Below are positions 8,053 through 17,762 of a stretch of DNA of 64,000 nucleotides, piece by piece (position 1 is the first letter of the stretch; each line of letters starts with the position of its first letter). The notes under the pieces were generated by a model. The model was not told the DNA's origin. It did not search any database and saw nothing but the letters and a program-made list of their open reading frames with translations. Made by a program: the position numbers and the translations under genes. The stretch spans positions 4,132,883 to 4,196,882 of the forward strand of contig OZ252004.1 in assembly GCA_965247235.1 (NCBI GenBank), read 5' to 3'. The DNA comes from Pyrinomonadaceae bacterium (GTDB taxonomy: Bacteria > Acidobacteriota > Blastocatellia > Pyrinomonadales > Pyrinomonadaceae).

Positions 8053-11000
8053 CTAACAAACGCCGATCACATCAATTTCGTTCATTAATCTGTCGGTTTC
8101 GGTCAAAGCGACGATGATTTTCTGATAATGAAAAATGTCGTCGAAACTGAGCGGTCTTTCCTTTCGGTCTTTCAGCCATTTTTGCGCGGGCTGATAACCG
8201 CCGATGAAAAAGTTCCACGCGATTTCAGGAACGCCTTCAAAATACTGCGTGTCGTTAATCCAAACTTTTCCTTTTAACTCCCCTCCTTCAAAAGGAGGGG
8301 CAAGGGGTGGTTGTAACTCAAATCTTATTTTCCCGACAACACTATCGCCGTCAACCGGATACTGCGTGATATAGCGTTCGACCGCCGGACTTTCGAGCAG
8401 ATGAACGCGGCGCAGTTCGCCGCCTAATTCGACTAACTGCCAAAACGCCGCCGCATCTTTCGGGTAAGGAACGCGAGGGAAATCTATCTTCAAAAATTCC
8501 TTATACTTCTCACGATAAGCGGGCGAATGCAAGACGGCGTAGATGTAATCGAGAACATCAATCGGCGCGAATGTTTCTGAACCACCCCCAACCCCTCCTT
8601 CAAAAGGAGGGGAGTTTGAGACTTCTAGCTCCCCTCCTTCAAAAGGAGGGGTTAGGGGTGGTTTCTTATTCCAGCCAAAGTTACTTTTGATAACACCGAG
8701 CATCCATTCCAATTCTTCAAACACCAACTTATTTTCAAAACGCAAAACTTTGATTCCGTAATGTTCTAAAAACAATTTACGTTCATAATCATATTCCCGT
8801 GCGGCATCATTAAAATGAACTTCGCCGTCTAACTCAATCGCCAGTCTTTCTGATGGACAATAAAAATCGAGAATATAATTGCCGACACTGTGTTGCCGTC
8901 TAAACTTTCTGCCTTCAAAGTTTTTGTTCTGCACGATTTTCCAAAAACTCGCTTCGGCAGGCGTTAAATTATTTCTCAAATTTTTCCTGAATGTTTTCAG
9001 ATATGGCAGGTTATTAATTTTATCAATCGTGCGTGTGCCTGACGAATCGAAACCACCCCGCGCTTCGCGCACCCCTCCTTTGGAAGGAGGGGAGTTTTGA
9101 TTTAAAAACTCATCTTCTGTTTTTAGAGGAGACCTTTGCTCCAAAAACTCCCCTCCTGTTTCAGGAGGGGTGGCGCGAAGCGACGGGGTGGTTTCCTTCT
9201 CATTAGTAAATGTTAATTGCAGTCTATCGGCGATTTGCTTGACGATTTCCAAATCAAGATTCGGCGTTCGTATGGAAGAATTAGACGCGAACATCTCTGT
9301 TTGTTTATTTTCTGTCGGATAAAGATAAAGCGGAAAAATATTTGCGTTATCCAAAGTGGAAGAAATGCACTTATCAATCAGATTTTCAACGATAAAAGGA
9401 GATATAAACTTATCACTTCGTGATCGTCGAACTAATGATATTGCGAGATTTGGCTTTATCATATTTTGCATAAATTGACTTCTTGCACGAGCCAACAGAT
9501 TTTCGTCATATACAATCAAACGATTATCAAAAGGACGATAGGATATATTTTGAATCAAACTATAATTCAAGTTTTGTGAGAATTCATCTTTAGAGAATGC
9601 AACATAATCGTTGTCATCTCCCGAAGTAATACCCATATTGTTGACTGATAGAAGTTCGCTTACAAAAAAACCTTTTTCGTAATTTTGCTTTTGACTGAAA
9701 TCTTGTTTCACAAAGTAATAATTCGGCGCAACATTCGGCAATTCTTCATAAAGAATCGTTGCAATAGAGTTTTCGATTAAGAAATTATATTTCGCTTCAC
9801 GCTTGCCATATAAATCGTAATGAAAAACTTTACCTAGTTCATTCACTTTCTTTTTGCCTGTCTTAATGAACAGATTGATTGAAACGCCCTGCATAATGTC
9901 GAAAACATTGACATCAGCCGAACCGTCGGGCGCAACTTCCTTCTTTTTACTATTGCCGTGTAAATCAATCGTATAAATTTTGTCGTAGGTTTTCAGCAGA
10001 TTCCAGCGCATTCCGCGAAAGGTCGGATTATCGAGAAATCCGTGCGGATTGATAAAAGCCAGAATGCCTTCGCCGTTGCGTTCGATGAAATGCTGACCGT
10101 AACGCAGAAACTTTACATAATCGTCGTTAATCCATTTCGGATTGCGTTCTTTCAAGTTCTCTTTGCCGCCGGGTTCTTTCTTATAATCTTCCATCAAATC
10201 CATAATCCATTTGCCTTTGTTCGCGCTTTCACCCGAATAAGGCGGATTGCCGATGACGCACATCACGGGCGTATCGCGTTTGATGTGATTGGCTTCGTTG
10301 GCTTCGTCACTCAGCCACGTCGTCCATAAAGTTCCGGTGTCGGGATGATGTTCTTCGAGGCTGTTGGTCAGATAGATTTGAAGCCTTTTACCACCCCGTC
10401 CTTCGGACACCCCTCCTAAAACAGGAGGGGAGTTTAAAACTTCCGGCTCCCCTCCTTTTGAAGGAGGGGTTAGGGGTGGTCTGAAACCCGTTTCGCTTAA
10501 CAGCAAATCGAGTTTCAGATGCGCCATTGCGTAACTCGCCATCAGCAATTCAAAACCATTGAGACGCGGAATCAAATGATTCTCGACGTAATTGCTCCAA
10601 ATGCCTTGCTGACCGGCAAACTTCGCGTGAATCTGTTTGACGACTTCGGCAAGAAATGTTCCCGTGCCGGTCGCCGGATCGAGAATCTGAACGCGGTGAA
10701 CTTCCTTTTCATATTCCTTGACACCTTCGGCGAAGCGTTTGTCTTTGCTCTGCGTTTTTAACTTGATCGTCGTCTTGGAAGTGTCCGCTAAACCCTGCGG
10801 CAAGTTAAACTCCGTCTTCAAAATGTCGTCAACGGCGCGAACGATAAAATTAACGACGGGTTCGGGCGTATACCAAACACCCCGCGACTTGCGAAGTTTC
10901 GGATCGTATTCGCTCAGGAAAGTTTCGTAGAAATGAATCATCGGATCGCGGGTCTGCGTCGCTTTGCCGAAGTTCTTTAACAGCGCGTCAACGTCCGTCG

Positions 11001-11841
11001 CCCGAAAAATGTCGGCTAACGAATCAACAATCCATTTAATCCGGTCGTCAATCTCCGGTCCGGCGATGTAGCCGAACAGTTTCCGAAGAAACGGATTCGA
11101 TTTCGGAATCAATTCGGCGGCTTCCTGTCGCGTGAATGTGTCCAGACTCTTATCGTGCAGACGCGCCGCAAACATCCCGTAAGCAATCGTCTGCGCGTAA
11201 ACGTCGGCGAACTCCTTTGCTGTAATGTCGTGAATCAAAATCGTTTTGAACGCTTCCATCTGCGCCTTGAGCGTGCTGTTCTCGTCGTTGTCTTCGTCGC
11301 TCATCAAAGACTTTTCAATCACATCGGAAAGTATCCGCGCCTTGCCCGCCATCATTTCCGCGAGTTTCTTACTGCTCGTAATCGTCTGACCGACCCGCGA
11401 AACGAAATCCTTTATCAAGTTGGTAAAAGCAGGGAAGTTGGCGGACAGCGCGACGATGTTGCCGCCGCTGATTTCGCCGATTGCTACGGAAGTCTTAAAT
11501 TGACCGTCGATATAAAGACGAAAGTCGAGATAATCGGTAAAGATAAGATTGTTCAGCGAAGATTTGTAACGGTCGAATTGTTCCTTGTTGCCCGTCTTCT
11601 TCGCGCCGTCCAAATCCTTATCGCCGATGTCTTTCGCTTCGATAAATCCGATTGGAACATCGGCTTTCGTTAATACATAATCCGGCGCACCGCACTTAAT
11701 TCGCTTCGGCTCATTCGTCGCCGCAATGTCCGGCACAAGGCTCTCGATAAGCTGTTTCAAATCGCCTCGATAGGTATGTTCGGTCGCAATCCCGCGTTTA
11801 TATTCACGGGCAATATTGTGTAGGTATTGTTCGATGGTCAT
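8053..11841 (-). CDS. Type IIG (MmeI-like) restriction-modification enzyme: N-terminal PD-ExK nuclease, gamma-class N6-adenine methyltransferase, C-terminal TRD. It carries in-frame palindromic insertions and an embedded DUF559 domain
   Basis: PD..EAK motif (APDYVLTKADVPIGFIEAKD). Motif I ILDPATGTGTFLAE and motif IV VIGNPPYSG. One uninterrupted 1262-aa ORF. Confidence 0.75.
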   Translation of the reverse strand: MTIEQYLHNIAREYKRGIATEHTYRGDLKQLIESLVPDIAATNEPKRIKCGAPDYVLTKADVPIGFIEAKDIGDKDLDGAKKTGNKEQFDRYKSSLNNLIFTDYLDFRLYIDGQFKTSVAIGEISGGNIVALSANFPAFTNLIKDFVSRVGQTITSSKKLAEMMAGKARILSDVIEKSLMSDEDNDENSTLKAQMEAFKTILIHDITAKEFADVYAQTIAYGMFAARLHDKSLDTFTRQEAAELIPKSNPFLRKLFGYIAGPEIDDRIKWIVDSLADIFRATDVDALLKNFGKATQTRDPMIHFYETFLSEYDPKLRKSRGVWYTPEPVVNFIVRAVDDILKTEFNLPQGLADTSKTTIKLKTQSKDKRFAEGVKEYEKEVHRVQILDPATGTGTFLAEVVKQIHAKFAGQQGIWSNYVENHLIPRLNGFELLMASYAMAHLKLDLLLSETGFRPPLTPPSKGGEPEVLNSPPVLGGVSEGRGGKRLQIYLTNSLEEHHPDTGTLWTTWLSDEANEANHIKRDTPVMCVIGNPPYSGESANKGKWIMDLMEDYKKEPGGKENLKERNPKWINDDYVKFLRYGQHFIERNGEGILAFINPHGFLDNPTFRGMRWNLLKTYDKIYTIDLHGNSKKKEVAPDGSADVNVFDIMQGVSINLFIKTGKKKVNELGKVFHYDLYGKREAKYNFLIENSIATILYEELPNVAPNYYFVKQDFSQKQNYEKGFFVSELLSVNNMGITSGDDNDYVAFSKDEFSQNLNYSLIQNISYRPFDNRLIVYDENLLARARSQFMQNMIKPNLAISLVRRSRSDKFISPFIVENLIDKCISSTLDNANIFPLYLYPTENKQTEMFASNSSIRTPNLDLEIVKQIADRLQLTFTNEKETTPSLRATPPETGGEFLEQRSPLKTEDEFLNQNSPPSKGGVREARGGFDSSGTRTIDKINNLPYLKTFRKNLRNNLTPAEASFWKIVQNKNFEGRKFRRQHSVGNYILDFYCPSERLAIELDGEVHFNDAAREYDYERKLFLEHYGIKVLRFENKLVFEELEWMLGVIKSNFGWNKKPPLTPPFEGGELEVSNSPPFEGGVGGGSETFAPIDVLDYIYAVLHSPAYREKYKEFLKIDFPRVPYPKDAAAFWQLVELGGELRRVHLLESPAVERYITQYPVDGDSVVGKIRFELQPPLAPPFEGGELKGKVWINDTQYFEGVPEIAWNFFIGGYQPAQKWLKDRKERPLSFDDIFHYQKIIVALTETDRLMNEIDVIGVC
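8278..8313. mobile_element. Partial hairpin-repeat insertion (family B: CCCCTCC-loop-GGAGGGG plus GGGGTGGT) inside the R-M CDS
   Basis: ctcccctccttcaaaaggaggggcaaggggtggtt, translated in frame as part of ..PPFEGGE... Confidence 0.6.
8581..8664. mobile_element. Family B double-hairpin element (ACCACCCC..2x[CCCCTCC-7nt-GGAGGGG]..GGGGTGGT) inside the R-M CDS, 3' flank of the DUF559 segment
   Basis: accacccccaacccctccttcaaaaggaggggagtttgagacttctagctcccctccttcaaaaggaggggttaggggtggt. Confidence 0.7.
8665..9051 (-). other. DUF559 (Vsr-like endonuclease fold) domain embedded in the R-M ORF, bounded on both sides by family B elements
   Basis: LTPAEASFWKIVQNKNFEGRKFRRQHSVGNYILDFYCPSERLAIELDGEVHFNDAAREYDYERKLFLEHYGIKVLRFENKLV matches the standalone DUF559 family consensus. 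Confidence 0.65.
9052..9194. mobile_element. Family B double-hairpin element with enlarged spacer inside the R-M CDS, 5' flank of the DUF559 segment
   Basis: accaccccgcgcttcgcgcacccctcctttggaaggagggg...ctcccctcctgtttcaggaggggtggcgcgaagcgacggggtggt. Confidence 0.7.
10389..10480. mobile_element. Family B double-hairpin element inside the R-M CDS, within the methyltransferase region
   Basis: accaccccgtccttcggacacccctcctaaaacaggaggggagtttaaaacttccggctcccctccttttgaaggaggggttaggggtggt. It encodes ..PPLTPPSKGGEPEVLNSPPVLGGVSEGRGG... Confidence 0.7.
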
Positions 11842-11881
11842 AAGTTATAAAAGGATTAGTGACTGGTGTTTATTATAAAAC

Positions 11882-11907
11882 AAAAGGCGCAATAAATACG
11901 CCTTTCG
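11882..11907 (-). terminator. Rho-independent terminator of pckG
   Basis: Minus strand reads ggcgtatttattgcgcc followed by ttttgtttt. Confidence 0.6.
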
Positions 11908-11933
11908 TCCGATTAATAAGTTGACTGTCACTG

Positions 11934-13850
11934 CTAACTGTTCGGAACGGCGCGAACCGCTTCGAGGTTTTTTGTTTTCTCGAAGGTTTTGTCCGCCGGT
12001 GAAGGCTGCGTCGCGCTTTTTTGGTTGGAACGCCAGAGATTCGACAAAAGAAGTTCGCGGATGAACGTCATTTCTTTCGGCAGACGGTCGTAGAGTTTGA
12101 AGAAAAGTTCGTCGTGCGACGCGATTTCTTTGATCCATAAATCGCGGTTGATGCTCATCACGTTTTCAAAATCCTGTTCACTGAAATTTTCCATTCCGCG
12201 CCAGTCCATATCCGAGTAACGCGGCATCCAGCCGAGCGGCATTTCGACACCTTTCGACCTTCCGCGAGCGCGTTCGACGATCCATTTCAAAACGCGCATA
12301 TTTTCGCCGAAACCGTTCCAGAGAAACTTGCCGTCTTCGTCTTTGCGAAACCAATTGACCGAGAAAATGCGCGGCGGTTCGGGAATTTGGCGACCGAAGT
12401 TGAGCCAATGCCCGAAATAATCGCCCATATGATAGCCGGCAAACGGCAGCATCGCAAACGGATCGCGGCGGACTTCGCCGATGTTGCCGAACGCGGCGGC
12501 GGTCATTTCCGAACCCATCGTCGCCGCCATATAAACGCCGAACGCCCAATTAAATGACTGCATAATCAGTGGCACGACCGAATTTCGTCGTCCGCCGAAG
12601 ATGAACGCTGAAACGGGAACGCCTTTCGGATCGTCGAATCTATCGTCAATGACGGGACACTGAATCGAAGGCGCGGTAAATCTCGAATTCGGGTGCGCGG
12701 CTTTGACGGACGATTCAGGTGTCCAATCGTTGCCCTGCCAGTCAATCGCGTGCGCGGGCGCGTCGCCGTCCATTCCTTCCCACCAGACATCATTATCATC
12801 AGTCAGCGCGACATTGGTGAAAATCGTGTTTTCCTTGATCGTTTCCATCGCGTTCGGATTCGTTTTGTAATTGGTTCCGGGCGCAACGCCGAAAAATCCG
12901 GCTTCGGGGTTGATCGCGTGAAGCCGACCGTTTTCGTCGGGTTTAATCCAAGCGATGTCGTCGCCGACGGTGGTTACTTTCCAGCCTTCATCCTGAAACG
13001 CCTGCGGCGGAATCAGCATCGCAAAATTCGTCTTGCCGCACGCCGAAGGAAACGCCGCGCAAACGTAATCTTTTTCACCGTCGGGCGATTCGACTCCGAC
13101 GATCAACATATGTTCGGCAAGCCAGCCTTGTTCACGTCCCAAAGTCGAAGCGATTCTGAGCGCGAGACATTTTTTGCCCAAAAGCGCGTTGCCGCCGTAA
13201 CCCGAACCGTAACTCCAGATTAGACGTTCTTCGGGAAAATGCACGATATATTTATCTTTCGGATCGGGCGAACACGCCCACGCGACATCTTTTTGACCTT
13301 CCGCCAGCGGCATTCCGACCGAATGCAGACAATGCACGAATTCGCCATTTCCTAATGCTTCCAGAGCCTGCGTTCCCATTCGCGTCATCAATTTCATATT
13401 AACGACAACATACGGCGAATCGCTCAACTGCACACCGAACTGCGAAATCGGCGAGCCAATCGGACCCATACAAAACGGGATCACATACATCGTCCGCCCG
13501 TTCATACAACCGTCAAATTTCGGTGTCAGCGTCTCCTTCATCTCACGCGGAGCCATCCAATTATTCGTCGGTCCGGAATCGCCTTTCGCCAGACTGCAAA
13601 TATATGTGCGGTCTTCGACCCGCGCCACGTCAGACGGATGCGAACGCGCCAGAAACGAATTCGGACGCTTTTCGGGGTCGAGCCGAATAAATGTTCCCGC
13701 CGTCACCATTTCTTCACACAAACGGTCATATTCACTCTGCGAACCGTCGCACCAGACGACATTTTTCGGCTTGCAAAGCTCGACCATTCGCGTCACCCAG
13801 CGAATCAATTCCTTGTTAATAACATTTGCCGGAATATTTAAATTTTCCAT
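11934..13850 (-). CDS. pckG: Phosphoenolpyruvate carboxykinase (GTP)
   Basis: 638 aa. Kinase-1a motif FPSACGKTN. Overall GTP-PEPCK architecture. Confidence 0.93.
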   Translation of the reverse strand: MENLNIPANVINKELIRWVTRMVELCKPKNVVWCDGSQSEYDRLCEEMVTAGTFIRLDPEKRPNSFLARSHPSDVARVEDRTYICSLAKGDSGPTNNWMAPREMKETLTPKFDGCMNGRTMYVIPFCMGPIGSPISQFGVQLSDSPYVVVNMKLMTRMGTQALEALGNGEFVHCLHSVGMPLAEGQKDVAWACSPDPKDKYIVHFPEERLIWSYGSGYGGNALLGKKCLALRIASTLGREQGWLAEHMLIVGVESPDGEKDYVCAAFPSACGKTNFAMLIPPQAFQDEGWKVTTVGDDIAWIKPDENGRLHAINPEAGFFGVAPGTNYKTNPNAMETIKENTIFTNVALTDDNDVWWEGMDGDAPAHAIDWQGNDWTPESSVKAAHPNSRFTAPSIQCPVIDDRFDDPKGVPVSAFIFGGRRNSVVPLIMQSFNWAFGVYMAATMGSEMTAAAFGNIGEVRRDPFAMLPFAGYHMGDYFGHWLNFGRQIPEPPRIFSVNWFRKDEDGKFLWNGFGENMRVLKWIVERARGRSKGVEMPLGWMPRYSDMDWRGMENFSEQDFENVMSINRDLWIKEIASHDELFFKLYDRLPKEMTFIRELLLSNLWRSNQKSATQPSPADKTFEKTKNLEAVRAVPNS

Positions 13851-14084
13851 AATATTCTCTACTAAATAATTTGTATAATAATCGCTTTTTATTTTCTGCT
13901 TTGAGTGTCAAATAAAAAAATCCGCAACTAAATAAAATATTTTGAAAGCAGACGTTCTTAGCTCGCTGACTCAAGATAAACTTATCTTATCATAGTATAA
14001 TAATTTCAATGAAACGCTGCTGAAAATAAATTTTATATGGCGGTAACTGTAAAAAAAAACACACGGGTTAGTAATTTTTAATGG

Positions 14085-14113
14085 ATTGACAATTCAAAAG
14101 TCGGCGGGTAATC
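14085..14113 (+). promoter_or_regulatory. Candidate sigma70 promoter (TTGACA-17-TAATCT) for the AraC-like gene
   Basis: ttgaca at 14085-14090 and taatct at 14108-14113 with 17-nt spacing, in an AT-rich divergent intergenic region. Confidence 0.35.
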
Positions 14114-14165
14114 TGGATCCTGAATTCAATCAATTTCAAATAATTTTAAACGAGGCTTTCCCACA

Positions 14166-14558
14166 ATGAGCGTTAAAATTACACACCTCAAGACCCGTAT
14201 TCTCTCCGATCTGCAAAAAAATTGGACACTCGACGAACTTGCAAAAAGCGCAAATATTGCCAAATCACAACTAACAAAAATATTTCAAACCGAACTCGGA
14301 ATCTCTCCGGTTCAATACGTCCGAAACGTGCGGCTCGAAAAATCCTGCGAATTAATTAAAACAACCCTTTTGCGTATTAAAGAAATAATGTTCGCCGTCG
14401 GTATTCACGACCAAAGCCATTTCGTCCGCGACTTCAAAAAGAAATATGGATTTACTCCAACCGAATATCGTGAACGATTTTACGATAAACCGGGAAATGA
14501 AAAATTGCTCGCCAATAAACCGGAAAATCCGCTAACAAATGAGCATTTTCGCCAATAA
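14166..14558 (+). CDS. AraC-family HTH-only transcriptional regulator (130 aa)
   Basis: AraC-type double HTH (LDELAKSANIAKSQLTKIFQTELGISPVQYVRNVRLEKSCELIK...VGIHDQSHFVRDFKKKYGFTPTEYR). Confidence 0.75.
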   Translation: MSVKITHLKTRILSDLQKNWTLDELAKSANIAKSQLTKIFQTELGISPVQYVRNVRLEKSCELIKTTLLRIKEIMFAVGIHDQSHFVRDFKKKYGFTPTEYRERFYDKPGNEKLLANKPENPLTNEHFRQ

Positions 14559-14640
14559 AAAAGTCTTGATTAGATTGGAATTAAAGCAGATAATTAAATC
14601 CTCAAAACTTTGCACGTTAAAATTTCAGGAGGACAAATGA

Positions 14641-14904
14641 ATGATAAAAAACAAATTATTTTTGTTTAAGTGGACATCTCTAGCATTAGGGATGGCGGGT
14701 GTTCTTTTTAGTATTTTTCTAATAATGCCTTCTTCAGTTGAAGCCGCATTTGGAGGAACCGGCGCAACCTGCTCCGACGGAAGTACAATTTCTTGTTATG
14801 GAGTAAGCTGTTCTACTACTACAACAAGTTGTAGCTGTTCAGACGGTCACGGTCACACGACCAGTCAACAAAGATGTCCAAAAGTAAGACCATTAACAGA
14901 CTAA
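14641..14904 (+). CDS. Small secreted six-Cys peptide, paralog 1
   Basis: Sec signal peptide (cleavage about VEA/AF). Mature about 53 aa with framework C-x7-C-x4-C-x6-C-x-C-x12-C. AGGAGG 9 nt upstream of the ATG. Confidence 0.65.
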   Translation: MIKNKLFLFKWTSLALGMAGVLFSIFLIMPSSVEAAFGGTGATCSDGSTISCYGVSCSTTTTSCSCSDGHGHTTSQQRCPKVRPLTD

Positions 14905-14919
14905 TTAAGGAGCAATAAA

Positions 14920-15171
14920 ATGAAAGAGAAAATGTTAAAATTTATGAAGTTAGGACTTTTAACTTCGGCTGTAATGTGTGTTTTGTTCAGTATTGCGATT
15001 ATTGTCAAAGCATCCGATGCGCCAAGCTCGTGGGCGCAGTGTGGTGCAGATTCATACGTTGACTGTTCCGGCGGATCTCGTTGTGTTTCTACTGATAATG
15101 TCGGATGTCGGTGCTACAACAGTGCAGGCAGAATTGTCAGTCGCCATTCTTGTGCATATGCGTCGCAGTAA
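14920..15171 (+). CDS. Small secreted six-Cys peptide, paralog 2
   Basis: Signal peptide (KA/SD). Mature about 52 aa with the same Cys framework C-x7-C-x5-C-x7-C-x-C-x12-C. AAGGAG RBS. Confidence 0.65.
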   Translation: MKEKMLKFMKLGLLTSAVMCVLFSIAIIVKASDAPSSWAQCGADSYVDCSGGSRCVSTDNVGCRCYNSAGRIVSRHSCAYASQ

Positions 15172-15176
15172 AATCA

Positions 15177-15219
15177 AAAGTGCTTCGGATTAGGAAAATC
15201 CTAATCCGAAGCACTTTTA
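15177..15219 (+). terminator. Perfect 19-bp-stem hairpin after the peptide gene pair
   Basis: aaaagtgcttcggattagg aaaat cctaatccgaagcactttt. Confidence 0.55.
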
Positions 15220-15228
15220 ATAAAAATT

Positions 15229-16854
15229 ATGAAATACGTTTTAGCAATAGCTCTGGTTGGTTTGGGATGTCTGTGTAATATCTCTGCACAGAAAATTCCA
15301 AAAAAAAACACGTCTGATATTCAACAGACGATCATAAAAAAACAGCTTGCAGTAGATGATCTAGACTCAGAAGCCAAAAATGTTCCGTTTGCAGCAGTCA
15401 GAATTTTTGTGAGAAATCAGATCGCGGCAAAACTTTGGATCAACGGTAAAGACGAAACCGGACGGGCTGAAGATTTGGCGGTTAAGGCTTTTGAGGAAAC
15501 TTACGACAAAAAAAGTGAAATTCCTGAAATATATCTTTCGATGCTGAGGTCTGATATTCTCGGACTTTTGGAAACAAATGCTCCGGCGGCGGCAAAGCAA
15601 TTAAGCGAAAAATATAATATTGGAATTGACGAAAGTCTGGATACAGCCTATTCCTTGTTGGACAAAAAAGGCGGAGAGAAAATTGTTTCTGAAAAACTGA
15701 GAAATTCGATAACCGCCAAAAATGAATTGACCTCGACGGAATCCGATTTGATCAACGAATTGGCAGCGCGGAAATCGCCCGAATTGCCAATAGTCTTGTC
15801 CGAATTATCGAGTTTGCAGGAATCGGGGAAAAGTGATTTTTCCGCTGAATCGCTGTTTTCAATCGTAGATGTCTTTAGAAATAAGCAGATACAAAACGAT
15901 TTGAGATTAAGGTTCTACCGAATAATTCTCAAAAAAGCCGGGGAAACTTCAAATTTGGAAGAAAACGATCTGGATTCGATTTATAACCTGTTGTATGCAA
16001 TTGTTGGTGATATATCTAAAAATGCGCCGAATTTATTGCCCCAAACTATGGCGTTGGCGGCAAGTCTCAAAAGTCGTATTACAGATTCTAAAAATGATGA
16101 GATTGAGACTTTCGATAAAATAGAAAAAAGCGAAGACCGCTTAAGTGCGCTGATTTCCGAAGCAGAAGAAACTGAAAATAAATCGAAAAAATCAAGGTTT
16201 TACGCAGAGGCTTCTCAGCTCGCACTTAAACAGCGAAAATTTAAACTGGCGGTTGATTTATTGGAAAAATCACAGGCTGATATTAACTTCGAGGAAGAAA
16301 AAAATATTCCGTCGCTCAGATGGCACGATCAGTTTTTGAGCGATGTTTCGGCGCGTTCTCTACAAGCGAACGATACGGATGCGAGTAAATACGCGCATGA
16401 CAAAATAATTGATAAACTGACTCGCGCCGATGTTTTGAGGAAAACCGCACTCTATTATTTCGGGAAGCAAAATCCGGTTCCGGCGATTGATGCACTTGAA
16501 GAATCTTATAAAATCACGAACACGACAGACAATAATATGCTCAAAATCAGGATGTTGCTGCGGCTCATTCCGACATTTCAGCAGATAAACAAGACAGAAC
16601 TGCCTGACATAACTGAAAAAACTGCAAAAGCAATTAATTCATTACCAACTTTGGACATTGACGATAAACCGGAAACCGAAAATTACAAAAAATATGTCGG
16701 CTCGATTATGGCAATTGATGTCAATCTATTATCAACAATGAGTTATTTGGTTAAAGAAAATAAGAGCGAAGCCGTCAATTTAGCGGACAGAATCAATCGC
16801 CGGGAAGTGAAAATTGTTGCTGATTTTACAGTCCTGACAAATTTAGAGAAATAA
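15229..16854 (+). CDS. Secreted hypothetical protein, 541 aa, low GC, Lys/Glu/Asp-rich
   Basis: Signal peptide MKYVLAIALVGLGCLCNISAQ. No recognisable domain. Confidence 0.55.
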   Translation: MKYVLAIALVGLGCLCNISAQKIPKKNTSDIQQTIIKKQLAVDDLDSEAKNVPFAAVRIFVRNQIAAKLWINGKDETGRAEDLAVKAFEETYDKKSEIPEIYLSMLRSDILGLLETNAPAAAKQLSEKYNIGIDESLDTAYSLLDKKGGEKIVSEKLRNSITAKNELTSTESDLINELAARKSPELPIVLSELSSLQESGKSDFSAESLFSIVDVFRNKQIQNDLRLRFYRIILKKAGETSNLEENDLDSIYNLLYAIVGDISKNAPNLLPQTMALAASLKSRITDSKNDEIETFDKIEKSEDRLSALISEAEETENKSKKSRFYAEASQLALKQRKFKLAVDLLEKSQADINFEEEKNIPSLRWHDQFLSDVSARSLQANDTDASKYAHDKIIDKLTRADVLRKTALYYFGKQNPVPAIDALEESYKITNTTDNNMLKIRMLLRLIPTFQQINKTELPDITEKTAKAINSLPTLDIDDKPETENYKKYVGSIMAIDVNLLSTMSYLVKENKSEAVNLADRINRREVKIVADFTVLTNLEK

Positions 16855-16858
16855 AACT

Positions 16859-17437
16859 ATGCTCAAGAATTTAAAGTTGATTTCGATAATTAGCTGGATA
16901 ACGGTTATTGGTTTAATCGTTTGCAATATCCTATTAATTAAACAAAATCTACAATTGCGCGAGACCGTTGAAAAACAGGAAAGTGAAAAAAGAGTTAACG
17001 TCGGAGCAGAGTTTAGTGAATTTAAAGCGGTTGACAACAATAATAATCCGGTAAGTTTGGTTTCCGGCAAACCGTCTAAAAAGATAATCTTTTTTTCAAG
17101 CACAAGCTGCCCGTTCTGCAAAAAGCAAAACCCGTATTGGACGCAACTTGCCAGTCAAGTTAAATCAGGACAATATGAGATTTTCGCATTGTTCAATGAC
17201 AGGGAAGAACATCCGAAAGTTGAGGAATACCTGAAAACCTATGGTTTTGCAGACATTAATATTTCCGTAAAACCTTTATATTCAAATGGCGAAATTCTGC
17301 AAAAATACAGACTGAACGGCACTCCGGCTACCTTGATAATTAACGAAAACGGAATTGTCGAAAAAGCGTGGTCGGGACTTTGGGACAAAACAACGATTTC
17401 AGAGGTAGAAAATTATTTTCACATTACTGTCAACTAA
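16859..17437 (+). CDS. Membrane-anchored thioredoxin-fold thiol:disulfide oxidoreductase (TlpA/ResA-like)
   Basis: N-terminal TM helix. CPFC active site in FFSSTSCPFCKKQNPYW. Starts 4 nt after the upstream gene. Confidence 0.7.
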   Translation: MLKNLKLISIISWITVIGLIVCNILLIKQNLQLRETVEKQESEKRVNVGAEFSEFKAVDNNNNPVSLVSGKPSKKIIFFSSTSCPFCKKQNPYWTQLASQVKSGQYEIFALFNDREEHPKVEEYLKTYGFADINISVKPLYSNGEILQKYRLNGTPATLIINENGIVEKAWSGLWDKTTISEVENYFHITVN

Positions 17438-17467
17438 AAGATTTTTGCTCTGTTTTGTTTAGTAGTG

Positions 17468-17762
17468 TGAAAAATGACCGCAAACAAAATAATCGCGCCG
17501 CCGACAATTGCCCACAAACCCGGACGTTCGCCTAAAAACAGGAAAACCCAGACGGGATTGAGCAGCGGTTAGATGAAGCCGATGACGCTTGCGTCCAGCG
17601 ACCGAACGCCGCCCGCGATTCCGTAGGTGAAAAGAACGTAAGCGATGCCGATTTGGAAAACTCCGAGAAATAAAACCGCGAGTAGATCGTTGGTCGTCGG
17701 TTGCGGCGGATTTTGCCACAGAAACGGCAGCATCAGCAAAACGAGGAAAAGATGAAAAATAT
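17468..17762 (-). pseudogene. Remnant of an EamA/DMT-family transporter (C-terminal about 95 aa only) with an in-frame nonsense codon
   Basis: Minus-strand translation ..LGVFQIGIAYVLFTYGIAGGVRSLDASVIGFI*PLLNPVWVFLFLGERPGLWAIVGGAIILFAV. The stop sits where EamA proteins conserve Glu (GAA to TAA), and the 5' part of the gene is absent. Confidence 0.55.

Noticed and set aside
12178-13223. Several 77-176-aa ORFs on both strands inside pckG
   Set aside because: They are embedded in a highly conserved GTP-PEPCK coding frame. Their compositions are typical of off-frame GC-rich translation.
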